A DNA stretch of 61,546 bases, filler included. It is 4 parts of 4 records of this genome, joined end to end, with 100 filler letters (N's around TTAATTAATTAA, not from the genome) between each part and the next. Parts side by side here need not be neighbours in the genome. Positions count along the whole stretch, not along the records: positions 40,388 to 51,539 come from SRR31156797_16098; positions 51,640 to 61,546 come from SRR31156797_16103; 2 more parts are not named here. One strand, 5' to 3'. Position 1 is the stretch's first letter; the number at the start of each line of letters is the position of its first letter. Made by a program: the position numbers and the translations under genes. Below are positions 48,673-58,885 of the stretch, one piece after another. The notes below the pieces were generated by a model that saw nothing but the letters and a program-made list of their open reading frames with translations, was not told the DNA's origin and did not search any database.

Positions 48673-49113
48673 TTAATATTTATTAGATGAATTTTTGCCA
48701 ATAAGCAATAAAATTAATATTATACTAAATGCAGCTAATGCTAAAAATGGAATATTAACAAAACCAAAATACTCAAAGTATTCAGTTGAACAAGGAACTC
48801 CATGTTTACAAGGAACTGCTTCTTCACTAATAATTCCCCACATTAGAAGATTGTGATAAAGAGAAAAACCAAAACCAACTAAAGCTAAAGGTGTAGCATA
48901 TTTAAAAACTGAACTATCTGTTTCTAAAAGATTCATAAGAAAAATCAAAACCAATGGATACATAAATATTCTTTGATACCAGCACATTGTACAAGGAATA
49001 AACTCCATAAACTCACTAAAAAACAACGAACCTAAAGTAGCAATACTAGCTACTAGAAACCCTAAAAAACTTATAGTTGAAACACTTTTGTTATACATTT
49101 TCTCTTCCGCCAA
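48673..49113 (-). CDS. Disulfide bond formation protein DsbB/BdbC family
   Basis: GSLFFSE, PCTMCWYQRIFMYPL, second Cys pair PCKHGVPC. Confidence 0.92.
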   Translation of the reverse strand: MAEEKMYNKSVSTISFLGFLVASIATLGSLFFSEFMEFIPCTMCWYQRIFMYPLVLIFLMNLLETDSSVFKYATPLALVGFGFSLYHNLLMWGIISEEAVPCKHGVPCSTEYFEYFGFVNIPFLALAAFSIILILLLIGKNSSNKY

Positions 49114-49153
49114 ATAAAATTATTTTATCATATAGATGTGTAGATGGTGTGGA

Positions 49154-50173
49154 TTATACCATTTTTTTATATTTTTTCTTTATATTTTTAGCTAGTTGGT
49201 AAACTGCCATTGCATAATAATTACTTCTATTGTATCTTGTGATTGTATAAAAGTTTTTAGTTCCATACCAAAGTTCATCAAACTTTTTTCTATCTAATTT
49301 TATTAAATGAACCTCTTTGTTATAATAAAATCTTCCTTTTTTTGGATAAATTCCTTTTAGTTTTGAGCGTTTATATTTATGTTTAAAACCTGTTTCAAAT
49401 CTATCAAATCTATTTCCCTTATAAGAAACTCTAGTTGCAACTGGAATTTTTTTATTCCACCCTGCTTCGTTAAAATATTTGGCAACACTTCCTATTGCAT
49501 CAACTTTATTTGTTAAATCTATTTTTCCATTTTTATCAAAATCTACTGCAATATTTCTAATACTACTTGGCATAAATTGAGCTAAACCAATAGCTCCTGC
49601 ATAAGAACCATATATTGAGTTTGGGTTTTTGCCACTTTTCTTTGCATAAAGTAAAAAGTGTTCTAATTCATCTTTAAAAAAAGATTGCCTTCTGTTTTTT
49701 TCAAAACTAAGAGTTACTAAAGTATCAAAAACATTATGCCTTCCAAGATTACTTCCATAAAAACTTTCAATTCCAATAATAGCTGTTATAAACTCAGGTT
49801 GAACTCCATATTTTTTGTATGCTTTATTTAGCGCTTTTTTATTCTCTTTCATAAACTTTGCGCCAAGATTGATTCTCTTTTGCGTTAAGAACTGATTTTC
49901 ATATCTATCCCAACTACCTTTTTTAACTGTTTTTTTGTTTTTATCAGCTTTTTTTATACTCTTTACTTTGTAAAACTTCAAAGGGTAATTTTGCACTTTT
50001 ACCTTTGAAAAAAGGCTATTTAGTTCTTTTTTTGAATAAGAACTATTTTTTGCTAGCTTTTCTATAAACTTTTGGGCATCTTGATTCTTAGTATAATCCT
50101 TATAACTTGCAAATAAAAAACTATTTAAAAGTAATATTCCAAATAAACTTCTAAAAAGATTTTTGCTTATCAT
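49154..50173 (-). CDS. mltB: Lytic murein transglycosylase B family
   Basis: AIIGIESFYG, GSYAGAIGLAQFMPSS, AVDFD.NG.IDL, NFYTITRYNRSNYYAMAV. Confidence 0.9.
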   Translation of the reverse strand: MISKNLFRSLFGILLLNSFLFASYKDYTKNQDAQKFIEKLAKNSSYSKKELNSLFSKVKVQNYPLKFYKVKSIKKADKNKKTVKKGSWDRYENQFLTQKRINLGAKFMKENKKALNKAYKKYGVQPEFITAIIGIESFYGSNLGRHNVFDTLVTLSFEKNRRQSFFKDELEHFLLYAKKSGKNPNSIYGSYAGAIGLAQFMPSSIRNIAVDFDKNGKIDLTNKVDAIGSVAKYFNEAGWNKKIPVATRVSYKGNRFDRFETGFKHKYKRSKLKGIYPKKGRFYYNKEVHLIKLDRKKFDELWYGTKNFYTITRYNRSNYYAMAVYQLAKNIKKKYKKMV

Positions 50174-50183
50174 TTTTCTTCCT

Positions 50184-51113
50184 TTATTTTCGTATAGAAG
50201 TAGCCGTTAAGAAAATATAATATTGTCCAGTCAATGTAACCCTAAATTTCTTTTGTTGCAAATACTTTTTACAAAAGAATGCATCTTTAAAAAGTAGTGA
50301 CATCTCTGAAAAGTTATAGTTTGGAACTTTTGCTCCATAAATAACCTCTCCGTCATACCATCTACAATTTGGAAAACCTAAAATCATACTTCCATCTTTT
50401 TTTAGATATTTTTGAACAATACTCATAAAAGTTTCATTTAGATTTAGATTTGAACTTTGGAAAGTTCCAACAGAGATAATCAAATCAAACTGTCCTAAAT
50501 CTAGTTCATCTAACTTTTTTATATCATGGGTATAAAGTTTTACATTTTTATCTTCTTTGAAAACCTCTTGAGTCTTTTCAATAGCACTTTGACAAAAATC
50601 TATTCCCACAAACTCCAAATCACTAAAACAAGAAAAATACTCTTTTATTATAGAAAACTCATGTCCGTTGTTTATTCCTAAATTTAAAACTCTTTTTCTA
50701 TTTTCTATTTTTACATTTTTTAAAGCTTCTAAATAACTCAATAAAATCTCTGGTTGTTCATTTTTATTTATTCTAAAAAAGCTTGAGTTTTCACCATACT
50801 TTTCTGTTTCTTCTATTTTTAACTTATGAAAACTATCCTCTTCATTTAACTTTTTAAAACAAATTTTTACAATATCTTTTGAAACCTCTTTGGGTGTAAG
50901 CATTTTACAAAAAAGCTTTTGGGCTAAATCTGTCCAAACTTTATATCCTCTATAAACATACTTTGTCTCATCAACTATTACACTCTCACCTGCATATAAA
51001 GAATCCTTTATATCTGGGTTTAAAACTTCAAACTCTACAATATTTTTATTATCTAATTCTTTTTGTATGAAACTTACAATCTCATACATTTTTTCATTTG
51101 AAAATCTAATCAT
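50184..51113 (-). CDS. Class I SAM-dependent methyltransferase
   Basis: RVLNLGINNG, FVGIDFC, FDLIISVG, LKKDGSMIL. Confidence 0.8.
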   Translation of the reverse strand: MIRFSNEKMYEIVSFIQKELDNKNIVEFEVLNPDIKDSLYAGESVIVDETKYVYRGYKVWTDLAQKLFCKMLTPKEVSKDIVKICFKKLNEEDSFHKLKIEETEKYGENSSFFRINKNEQPEILLSYLEALKNVKIENRKRVLNLGINNGHEFSIIKEYFSCFSDLEFVGIDFCQSAIEKTQEVFKEDKNVKLYTHDIKKLDELDLGQFDLIISVGTFQSSNLNLNETFMSIVQKYLKKDGSMILGFPNCRWYDGEVIYGAKVPNYNFSEMSLLFKDAFFCKKYLQQKKFRVTLTGQYYIFLTATSIRK

Positions 51114-51245
51114 CTACTTCCATATTTTTTATTTTATTATAGCAAACTATCAAATACAAACATAAAATATTCTTAACATATTTTGATTACAAAATATATA
51201 CATCATCATAATTTTTTTATTAAAGTTTAATGATATAATTGTTTT

Positions 51246-51539
51246 ATGAAAGAAAAAGTTTATGTATTAGATACAAATATCATCCTTCAAAATGTTCAAA
51301 ACCTAAGTAGAATATCTGACAATAAGACTAATAAAATAGTTATTCCAGAGACAGTTTTAATAGAATTAGAGGACAAGAAAAAACTTCCAAGTGAATTAGG
51401 TTTCTACTCAAGAGAGTTTGCACGATTACTTGCAAAGATGAAGATAAAAGAGGTTGACTACAAACCTGGGTTTAAAGTTGTGAAACTTTTTAATGAAGAG
51501 ATAAATCTTCATATAATCTCAAAAGATAAATATGAATCT
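51246..51539 (+). CDS. PIN domain, probably of a PIN-PhoH (PhoH2) protein, cut off by the contig end
   Basis: KVYVLDTNIIL, IVIPETVLIELEDKK..ELGF..R. Confidence 0.75.
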
Positions 51540-51639
51540 NNNNNNNNNNNNNNNNNNNNNNNNNNNNNNNNNNNNNNNNNNNNTTAATTAATTAANNNNN
51601 NNNNNNNNNNNNNNNNNNNNNNNNNNNNNNNNNNNNNNN
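51540..51639. other. Artificial contig spacer
   Basis: N44-TTAATTAATTAA-N44. Confidence 0.98.
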
Positions 51640-51668
51640 CGCGAGTTCGAACCTCGTTGCCCGCTCCA
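51640..51668 (+). tRNA. 3' end of a tRNA, probably tRNA-Gly
   Basis: T-arm GCGAG-TTCGAAC-CTCGT, acceptor strand TGCCCGC, discriminator T and encoded CCA. The anticodon is not in the window. Confidence 0.75.
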
Positions 51669-51775
51669 TTAATACCTTAGGCAGAGGCAGGTATTTGTTC
51701 CATAATGATTGATTGATATTCGATCTAAGCCTTCAGTAACGCTTTTGGTGAGGACTTAATAGTTGTTATGCATCA

Positions 51776-51808
51776 GGGAACGGGCATCTGCCCGTTTTTC
51801 TATTTTTT
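51776..51808 (+). terminator. Terminator-like hairpin in the rimP leader
   Basis: AACGGGCA-TC-TGCCCGTT followed by T tracts, just upstream of rimP. Confidence 0.65.
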
Positions 51809-51856
51809 GGAGATCCGTTAACACGAGCCTGTATGGGGGTCGCCGGTGAGAGCGTC

Positions 51857-52324
51857 ATGAAGATACAACAGAAAAATCAAGATCCCATCGTTACCGGGAT
51901 TGAAGAAGTGGCAGAACCCCTGTGCGTGGCAGAGGGGTTTGAACTCGTGCATGTGGAGCGGCTCTCAGATCGGGGCGGCATGCTCGTCCGGGTATATCTC
52001 GACAAGCCGGGCGGCATTACAATCGACGACTGCGTTCATATGACACGGCAGCTGGGTGATCTGATAGATGTCCATCTGGAGGATATCGATTCCTACCGGC
52101 TCGAAATTTCTTCCCCCGGTTTGAAACGGCCCTTGAAGAAAGCGGCTGATTTTGAGCGGTTTAAGGGGCGGAAGGTGAAGGTCGAAACCGTCGAGCCCAT
52201 AGATGGGCGTAAAAGGTTCACCGGAATTCTGAACGGGATTCAAAACGGACGTGTTGAAGTTGTTGTTAATAAAAACACGATTGCTTTTCAATTTGAACAG
52301 ATCAGCAAATCAAGACTTGCTTAG
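51857..52324 (+). CDS. rimP: Ribosome maturation factor RimP
   Basis: VYLDKPGGITIDDC, YRLEISSPGLKRPL, GRKRFTG. The start may be at 51833. Confidence 0.95.
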   Translation: MKIQQKNQDPIVTGIEEVAEPLCVAEGFELVHVERLSDRGGMLVRVYLDKPGGITIDDCVHMTRQLGDLIDVHLEDIDSYRLEISSPGLKRPLKKAADFERFKGRKVKVETVEPIDGRKRFTGILNGIQNGRVEVVVNKNTIAFQFEQISKSRLA

Positions 52325-52341
52325 CCACATGGAGAGTAGTG

Positions 52342-53772
52342 ATGCTTATTACAGATATTAAACGGGTTATTGAGCAGGTAAGCCGGGAAAAGGGCATAAA
52401 CATTGAAGTGCTCATAACCACTCTTAAAGAGGCTGTTGAATCGGCTGCCAAGAAGAAACTTGGGACCAGGGCCGATGTAGAAGTGCACTATGACGAGAAG
52501 AGTGGTGAAGTCGAAGTCTTTCAGTTCAAGGAGATCGTGGCTGAGGTCGACGATCCCAACATCGAGCTGACCCTTGAAGAGGGACAGAAATACGATCCCG
52601 CGTGTGAGGTGGGTGACAGTCTCGGCATCAAGATCGAGACTGCCGAGTTCGGCAGAATCGCTGCCCAGAGTGCCAAACAGGTGATCATCCAGAAGATGAA
52701 GGAAGCGGAACGAAATGCCGTGTATGAGAACTTCATCCACAAAAAAGGCGAGATCATCAACGGTATCGTTCAGCGGATAGACCGGGGCAACATCATCGTC
52801 AACCTGGGCCAGGCCGAGGCAGTGCTCACCACCAGGGAGCAGATGCCAAGGGAAGCCTATCGACGGGGGGACCGCATCCGGGCTTACATCCTTGATGTCC
52901 TTGAAGAGGCAAGGGGTGCACAGATTATCCTTTCCCGGACCCATCCCGAATTCATTGCAAAACTGTTTGCCACCGAAGTCCCGGAAATTGCCGAGGGAAT
53001 CGTGAGCATCCGGGGCACCGCCCGGGAGGCGGGTGTTCGTTCCAAAATCGCCGTAAGTTCCACCGATTCCGATGTGGATCCCGTGGGCGCCTGCGTTGGT
53101 ATGCGGGGGAACCGGGTCCAGAGCATTGTTCAGGAACTGCGGGGCGAGAAGATCGATATTGTTCCCTGGAATCCGGATGTGGCTAAATTTGTCTGCAACG
53201 CCCTGGCCCCTGCTGAGATCGCACGGGTGATCATCGATGAGGACAACCGGAGCATGGAAGTGATCGTTCCGGACGACTTCCTCTCCATTGCCATCGGTAA
53301 GAACGGACAGAACGTTCGCCTGGCCTGCCGGCTCACCGGCTGGCACCTGGAGGTGATGAGCGAGGATGAGTACAGTAGTGAACTCAAGCAGGGGTATGAC
53401 TCTTTGATGACGATCCCTGGTGTTTCCCTTGCCATGGCGGAAAAATTGTTCAAGGGCGGGTTCAGTTCCTCTAAGGATGTGTCAACGGCCAATCCCGCGG
53501 ATCTGGCGTTGGTGACCGAACTTGACGAGACAGGGGTTGAGCAGCTGATCGAGAGTGCGAAGAGAATGGCGGGGGGCGACCCGGAAAACGAAGCTTCCCA
53601 ACCGGTCGAGGAAGCTGCTTCAGCTGCCGGTGAAACACCTGAAGAGCCGGACGAAATGCCTGAAGAGCCGGACGAAGTGCCTGAAGAGCAGGATGAAGTG
53701 CCTGAAGAGCAGGATGAAGTGCTTGATGAACCGAACCAGGCGTCTGACACAGAACCGGAACCGGGCGAATAG
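52342..53772 (+). CDS. nusA: Transcription termination/antitermination factor NusA
   Basis: FGRIAAQSAKQVIIQK, LSRTHP, DPVGACVGMRG.RV, AIGKNGQNVRLA. Confidence 0.98.
   Translation: MLITDIKRVIEQVSREKGINIEVLITTLKEAVESAAKKKLGTRADVEVHYDEKSGEVEVFQFKEIVAEVDDPNIELTLEEGQKYDPACEVGDSLGIKIETAEFGRIAAQSAKQVIIQKMKEAERNAVYENFIHKKGEIINGIVQRIDRGNIIVNLGQAEAVLTTREQMPREAYRRGDRIRAYILDVLEEARGAQIILSRTHPEFIAKLFATEVPEIAEGIVSIRGTAREAGVRSKIAVSSTDSDVDPVGACVGMRGNRVQSIVQELRGEKIDIVPWNPDVAKFVCNALAPAEIARVIIDEDNRSMEVIVPDDFLSIAIGKNGQNVRLACRLTGWHLEVMSEDEYSSELKQGYDSLMTIPGVSLAMAEKLFKGGFSSSKDVSTANPADLALVTELDETGVEQLIESAKRMAGGDPENEASQPVEEAASAAGETPEEPDEMPEEPDEVPEEQDEVPEEQDEVLDEPNQASDTEPEPGE
53638..53721 (+). repeat. Coding tandem repeat, 4 x 21 bp, in the nusA tail
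   Basis: CCTGAAGAGCMGGAYGAARTG x4, encoding PEE(P/Q)DE(M/V). Confidence 0.92.
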
Positions 53773-53902
53773 GTATGCTGATGCAATAATCGATTGGCAT
53801 GGACGGAATTTACTGTAGAGCACGAAGCCTGGCAGTAGCTGTTTCTTGTTGAAAATCAGGCTTCTAACAAACAGAATATGAGATCAATATTTGGGGGGAT
53901 CA

Positions 53903-56900
53903 ATGGCAAAAATCAGGGTATATGAGCTGGCCAAAAAGCTGAATATGACGAATAAAGCGCTGCTTACCAAGCTTAAGGCTATGAACATAGAAGTGAAAAG
54001 CCATATGAGCTCTCTGGAGGATGAGGAGGAGACTCTGATTCGGAAAAGCCTGTTTGGCCAAAAAAATAAGCAGGCGGACACCCGGGTGAAACCCTCCGTG
54101 ATCCGAAGACGTAAGCCAAAATCAACCAAAGCGCCGGAAAAATCCGTAGAGCCGGAAGTGCAAGAAGAACTTGCCCAGGACACGGCAACACCTGTTGCCA
54201 AGGAGGAAGAACCCATCGTTTTCGAGAAAGTCCCCGAAGCTCCCAAGGAAGAAGAGACCGCTCCCGAGGTCAAAGAGACCACTGCGGCAGATTCCCCCGA
54301 GCCCGAGCCGGTGAAAAAGCCTGAGCCAAAGGGCCCGGCTCCGGAGAAACGGGCCAAAAACAAGTTCCAGGCGGCTAAAATTATCCAACGGCCGGTCGTG
54401 AAGTCCAAACCGGCGGAAGAACCGGAGAAGAAGCCGACCGAGGCCAAGGAAGCGCCGGCGCCTGTGGTTGAAACCGAACCGGTTGAGGCGGTTCTGAAAA
54501 AAGAGGAGGCCAAGCAGGCGGAGAAAACGCCCGAGCCCATGGTTGAAACAGAACAGGTCGAGACTGACCGGAAAGAGCAGGTGCCAGAGACACCGGAGAA
54601 AGCGCCCGAGCCGGTCAAGGTTGCCGACGAGAAACCAAAACCAGCGGAAAAGGCTTTAGAAAAAGAGCCCGAACCCGAACAAAAGGAAACCGCTCCGGAG
54701 ACGAAGGAGGTATCCAAGGAACCCCCAGTGTCTGAGACCGAGGTTCCCGGAAAAAGCATGGAAACAGCTGAAGCAAAAGACAAGAAACGAAAAAAGAAAA
54801 AGGTTCAGAAGCGCTCAACTCCTGCAAAAATTATCAAGATGGCCGTGCCCATCCCCGTCTCCTCCAGAACCAAGAGCAGAGATAACGCCCAGCGCGCCAA
54901 CGGTCGGCACAAGCCGGCTGGGGCTGCCGCACCAGGCCGCCGCCCCAACGGTGGCGGGGGCGCTCCAGGTAACCATGTCCCCCGGTCCGCACCGGGTGGA
55001 CGTCCCGATCCAATGCCGCCGGTCAGCGAAAACGATGCAAAGCGAAGCAAGAAAAAAGAGTGGAAGAAAAAACGGGACGGGGCTCCGGCCCATGCGGGTG
55101 AAGCCTTTCCCAAGGGGGCTCGGAAGAGAAAATCCGTTGTAGAGGGCAAGGACCTTTACGAACGGCGGCCAGGCGGTAAGAAGGGCCGTAAAAAAGATGC
55201 GAGATTTAAGAAGGTAAAGACCCAGAAGACCCAGATTACCGTTCCAAAGGCCATCAAGAGGCGCATCAAGATCGATGAGACCATCGAGCTTGCAGAGCTT
55301 GCAAAGCGAATGGGAATCAAGGCCAACGAGATGATCGTGAAGCTCATGGGCCTGGGTGTCATGGCAACGGTTAACCAGACCATCGATTTCGATACGGCCA
55401 CCCTTGTGGCGGCGGAATTCGACTACGAGGTGGAGAAGGCTTCTGTTGAGGAGGATATCGTCCTCCAGGCCCAGGAGGCGGACGCCGATCTGGAGAAGCA
55501 GGTGTCAAGATCCCCGGTTGTCACCATCATGGGCCATGTTGACCATGGTAAGACCTCGCTTCTGGACGAGATCAGGAAGTCCAAGATTGCCACGGGGGAG
55601 GCCGGCGGCATCACCCAGCACATCGGTGCTTACAGTGTAGAGACCCCCAGCGGAACCATCACTTTCCTGGATACCCCGGGCCATGCGGCCTTTACATCCA
55701 TGCGATCCAGGGGCGCCCAGGTGACCGACCTGGTTGTCCTGGTGGTCGCCGCGGATGATGGTGTCATGCCCCAGACCATTGAGGCGATCAACCATTCAAA
55801 GGCGGCCGGTGTTCCCGTGGTTGTTGCTGTCAACAAGATGGACAAGCCCGGTGCCGATCCCGACAGGGTCACCCGTGAGCTCGCCGAGCAGGGCCTCTTG
55901 TCAGAGGAGTGGGGCGGCGACGTTATTTTTGCCAAGGTCTCCGCAAAGACGGGCGACGGCATCAGCGAGCTGCTCGAGATGATTCTCCTCCAGGCAGAGG
56001 TGCTGGAGCTCAAGGCCAATCCGGACAGGCTTGCCACCGGTAATGTCATTGAGTCACGGCTTGATGCCGGCAGGGGACCTGTTGCCACCATCCTGGTGAA
56101 CCAGGGAACCCTCAAGGCCGGTCAGCCCGTGGTTTGCGGGCTTCATTCCGGAAAAATCCGGGTGATGATCGGTGATATCGGACAAGAGGTGAAGGAAGCA
56201 GGACCCAGTACCCCTGTCGAGATCGTTGGCTTGAGCGGTGTGCCCGAAGCCGGGGACGAGTTTGTCGCCCTTGAGTCGGAAAAGGATGCCAAGCATGTAA
56301 GTGATTCAAGGATGCAGAAGCAGCGGGCCAAGATCCTCGCCAAGCGGAGCCGCGCAAATCTTGAGAAGCTTTTCGAGAGCATGGGCGCCGACGAGGTGAA
56401 GGAGCTGAAGCTCATCGTCAAGGCCGATGTTCACGGCAGTATCGAAGCCCTGAACGAGTCCATTATGAAGCTTGAGCAGGATGAGGTCAGCATCTCCATC
56501 GTTCATTCCGGAACCGGCGCCATCAATGAGTCCGACGTCTCCCTTGCCGCTGTTTCCGATGCCATCATCATTGGATTCAACGTTCGGCCCACGCCAAAGG
56601 TGCGGACCATGGCCAAGGATGAGAACGTGGACATGCGCTTCTATGATATTATCTACAACGTTATCAACGATATCAAGGCTGCCATCACCGGCCTGATGCC
56701 ATCCACCTTCCACGAGAAGATCCTTGGCAGGGCCGAGGTGAGGGATACCTTTGTGATTCCCCACAAGGGCCTGACCATTGGCGGCGCCTTTGTTCTGGAA
56801 GGCAAGATCGTAAGGGGCCAGAAGGTTCGCCTTCTCAGGGACGGCGTGGTCAAATGCGATACCACCGTTTCCTCCCTCAGGCGCTTCAAGGATGATGTCA

Positions 56901-57028
56901 AAGAGGTGGCCCAGGGGTATGAGTGCGGTATTGGGATCGAGCGCTACAACGACATCAAGATCGGCGATATCTACGAGACCTATGAGATCGAAGAGAGAAA
57001 GGCCCAGATGGAGCAGATAGAGGAATGA
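53903..57028 (+). CDS. infB: Translation initiation factor IF-2
   Basis: [54 protein letters not shown]. Confidence 0.98.
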   Translation: MAKIRVYELAKKLNMTNKALLTKLKAMNIEVKSHMSSLEDEEETLIRKSLFGQKNKQADTRVKPSVIRRRKPKSTKAPEKSVEPEVQEELAQDTATPVAKEEEPIVFEKVPEAPKEEETAPEVKETTAADSPEPEPVKKPEPKGPAPEKRAKNKFQAAKIIQRPVVKSKPAEEPEKKPTEAKEAPAPVVETEPVEAVLKKEEAKQAEKTPEPMVETEQVETDRKEQVPETPEKAPEPVKVADEKPKPAEKALEKEPEPEQKETAPETKEVSKEPPVSETEVPGKSMETAEAKDKKRKKKKVQKRSTPAKIIKMAVPIPVSSRTKSRDNAQRANGRHKPAGAAAPGRRPNGGGGAPGNHVPRSAPGGRPDPMPPVSENDAKRSKKKEWKKKRDGAPAHAGEAFPKGARKRKSVVEGKDLYERRPGGKKGRKKDARFKKVKTQKTQITVPKAIKRRIKIDETIELAELAKRMGIKANEMIVKLMGLGVMATVNQTIDFDTATLVAAEFDYEVEKASVEEDIVLQAQEADADLEKQVSRSPVVTIMGHVDHGKTSLLDEIRKSKIATGEAGGITQHIGAYSVETPSGTITFLDTPGHAAFTSMRSRGAQVTDLVVLVVAADDGVMPQTIEAINHSKAAGVPVVVAVNKMDKPGADPDRVTRELAEQGLLSEEWGGDVIFAKVSAKTGDGISELLEMILLQAEVLELKANPDRLATGNVIESRLDAGRGPVATILVNQGTLKAGQPVVCGLHSGKIRVMIGDIGQEVKEAGPSTPVEIVGLSGVPEAGDEFVALESEKDAKHVSDSRMQKQRAKILAKRSRANLEKLFESMGADEVKELKLIVKADVHGSIEALNESIMKLEQDEVSISIVHSGTGAINESDVSLAAVSDAIIIGFNVRPTPKVRTMAKDENVDMRFYDIIYNVINDIKAAITGLMPSTFHEKILGRAEVRDTFVIPHKGLTIGGAFVLEGKIVRGQKVRLLRDGVVKCDTTVSSLRRFKDDVKEVAQGYECGIGIERYNDIKIGDIYETYEIEERKAQMEQIEE

Positions 57029-57387
57029 AGCCATATCCAAGGTCCGAAAGAGTCGGCATAAAGATCCAGGCGGTGGTTTCGGAACTGATCCAGAAGAAGA
57101 TCCAGGACCCGCGGGTTGAACTTGCCACCATCAGCAGCGTGCGGGTTACGTCTGATCTGCGGATCGCCTACGTTTACTTTTCGGTATTCGGCGGTGAGGA
57201 GCGGATCAAGGAGGCAACCGAAGGGTTCCGGAGTTGTCATGGGTTTATCAAACGCCAGGTGGCATCAAAGCTTGGGCTTCGGTACATGCCGGAGCTGAAG
57301 TTCCTCCATGACGAATCCTTTGACCATGGCTCCCGGATCGACCAGCTGCTTCGATCCGTTTCCAAGGAGAACGACCCGGAAGAATGA
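57025..57387 (+). CDS. rbfA: Ribosome-binding factor A
   Basis: [34 protein letters not shown]. Confidence 0.96.
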   Translation: MKPYPRSERVGIKIQAVVSELIQKKIQDPRVELATISSVRVTSDLRIAYVYFSVFGGEERIKEATEGFRSCHGFIKRQVASKLGLRYMPELKFLHDESFDHGSRIDQLLRSVSKENDPEE

Positions 57388-58292
57388 ATCACGGAATCGT
57401 TGCCGTTGACAAGCCCGAAGGCATCTCTTCCGCCAAGGTGGTTGCCCGGGTAAAACGGCACTTCAACGTCAAGAAAGTTGGTCATACCGGTACCCTGGAT
57501 CCCTTTGCCACAGGGCTGATGCTCTGCGGCATCAACAAGGGTACCCGGATCTCCCGGTTTTTGCTCGGTGGCCCCAAGCAGTACCGGGCCACCCTTTGCC
57601 TCGGGGTTACCACAGATACCCTGGACTGCACAGGCCAGGTGGAGAACCGGGCCGACCCATCACTTCTGGCCCAGGTCACGGAACAACAGGTGGAGGCGGT
57701 GGTCAACTCCTTTGTCGGCCGGCAGCTCCAGCATCCGCCCATCTACTCCGCCCTGAAACACAATGGGCAGCCCCTCTACAAACTGGCACGCCAGGGCAAG
57801 GCCGTGCAAAAGCCCCCCAGGGAGATCGAGATCTTCTCCATTGCCATGGACACGATCGAGATGCCCCATGTCACCATTGATGTGCATGCCTCGGCCGGGA
57901 CCTATATCCGCAGTCTTGCCCAGGACATCGGAGAGAAGCTTGGCTGTGGCGCCCACCTGACCGCACTTCGGCGAACCTATTCCTGTGGATTTCCCGTGGA
58001 CAAGGCCATTCCCCTTTCTGAACTTGAAGCCATGGACCGTGAAGATGCCCGGCAGAGAATCGTGCCCATGGCAGCGGTGCTCTCGTTCATGCCCGGGTTT
58101 GAAGCCGACGGGGAGATGGTGAGAAAAATCGGCTGTGGCCAGGATATTTCCCTGGAAAAGCGGATCGCTCCCCCCACAGACCCGGGGGCGCCTTTTGTGA
58201 GAATCCTTGATCCGGAGGGGTCCCTCGCGGCCGTGGTCGAGTATGATTCCGAGGCCGATAAATATAATTATTGTTGCGTTTTTATCGATTAG
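57384..58292 (+). CDS. truB: tRNA pseudouridine(55) synthase
   Basis: [42 protein letters not shown]. Confidence 0.97.
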   Translation: MNHGIVAVDKPEGISSAKVVARVKRHFNVKKVGHTGTLDPFATGLMLCGINKGTRISRFLLGGPKQYRATLCLGVTTDTLDCTGQVENRADPSLLAQVTEQQVEAVVNSFVGRQLQHPPIYSALKHNGQPLYKLARQGKAVQKPPREIEIFSIAMDTIEMPHVTIDVHASAGTYIRSLAQDIGEKLGCGAHLTALRRTYSCGFPVDKAIPLSELEAMDREDARQRIVPMAAVLSFMPGFEADGEMVRKIGCGQDISLEKRIAPPTDPGAPFVRILDPEGSLAAVVEYDSEADKYNYCCVFID

Positions 58293-58434
58293 CATTTAGC
58301 ATATAGCGTTTGGGAAAACAGGTGAATCGTTTCCCGGCGGTATCGGTCGTCTGAATGGAATATTGGATGACCACTTTTAACGGATCCCTGTAAAAGGGAT
58401 TTTTATTATTTATTCCAAATAAAGGAGTGTAAAC

Positions 58435-58704
58435 GTGGTTTTACTCGCAGAAAACAAAGAGGAGATGATCGAAAAGTTCAAGCTCCACGATTCTGACACA
58501 GGCTCACCTGAAGTACAGGTGGCTCTTTTGACCCACCGTATCAGCTACCTGACAGATCATGTCAAAACTCACAAAAAAGATCACCATTCAAGAAGGGGTC
58601 TTCTTATTCTTGTAGGAAGGCGTCGCAGTCTTCTTGAATATCTCAAGAAAAAGGATATCTCAAGATATCGTTCTTTGATCGAGAGACTCGGTCTGAGGCG
58701 GTAG
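58435..58704 (+). CDS. rpsO: 30S ribosomal protein S15
   Basis: [29 protein letters not shown]. Confidence 0.98.
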   Translation: MVLLAENKEEMIEKFKLHDSDTGSPEVQVALLTHRISYLTDHVKTHKKDHHSRRGLLILVGRRRSLLEYLKKKDISRYRSLIERLGLRR

Positions 58705-58712
58705 CGTGAACG

Positions 58713-58745
58713 GAACCGGCACCGCTCTGGTGCCGGTTCGATTTT
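58713..58745 (+). terminator. Strong hairpin after rpsO
   Basis: GAACCGGCACC-GCTCT-GGTGCCGGTTC, then GATTTT. Confidence 0.7.
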
Positions 58746-58885
58746 AACCCACAGGCGGCAGCTCTTTGGCAGATACCTGAATAAGTTCGCATATGCAGCA
58801 TAAAAACCATTTTGATTTTTATGCTGGAGGTGCGGGTTTATTCTGTATGAAGATGCTTTTGAGCCGCCTCTTTTCAGGAGACATT

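Noticed and set aside
53638-53721. 21-bp repeats as a CRISPR array
   Set aside because: No spacers, in frame within nusA, and no cas genes. No CRISPR array was seen anywhere in the window.
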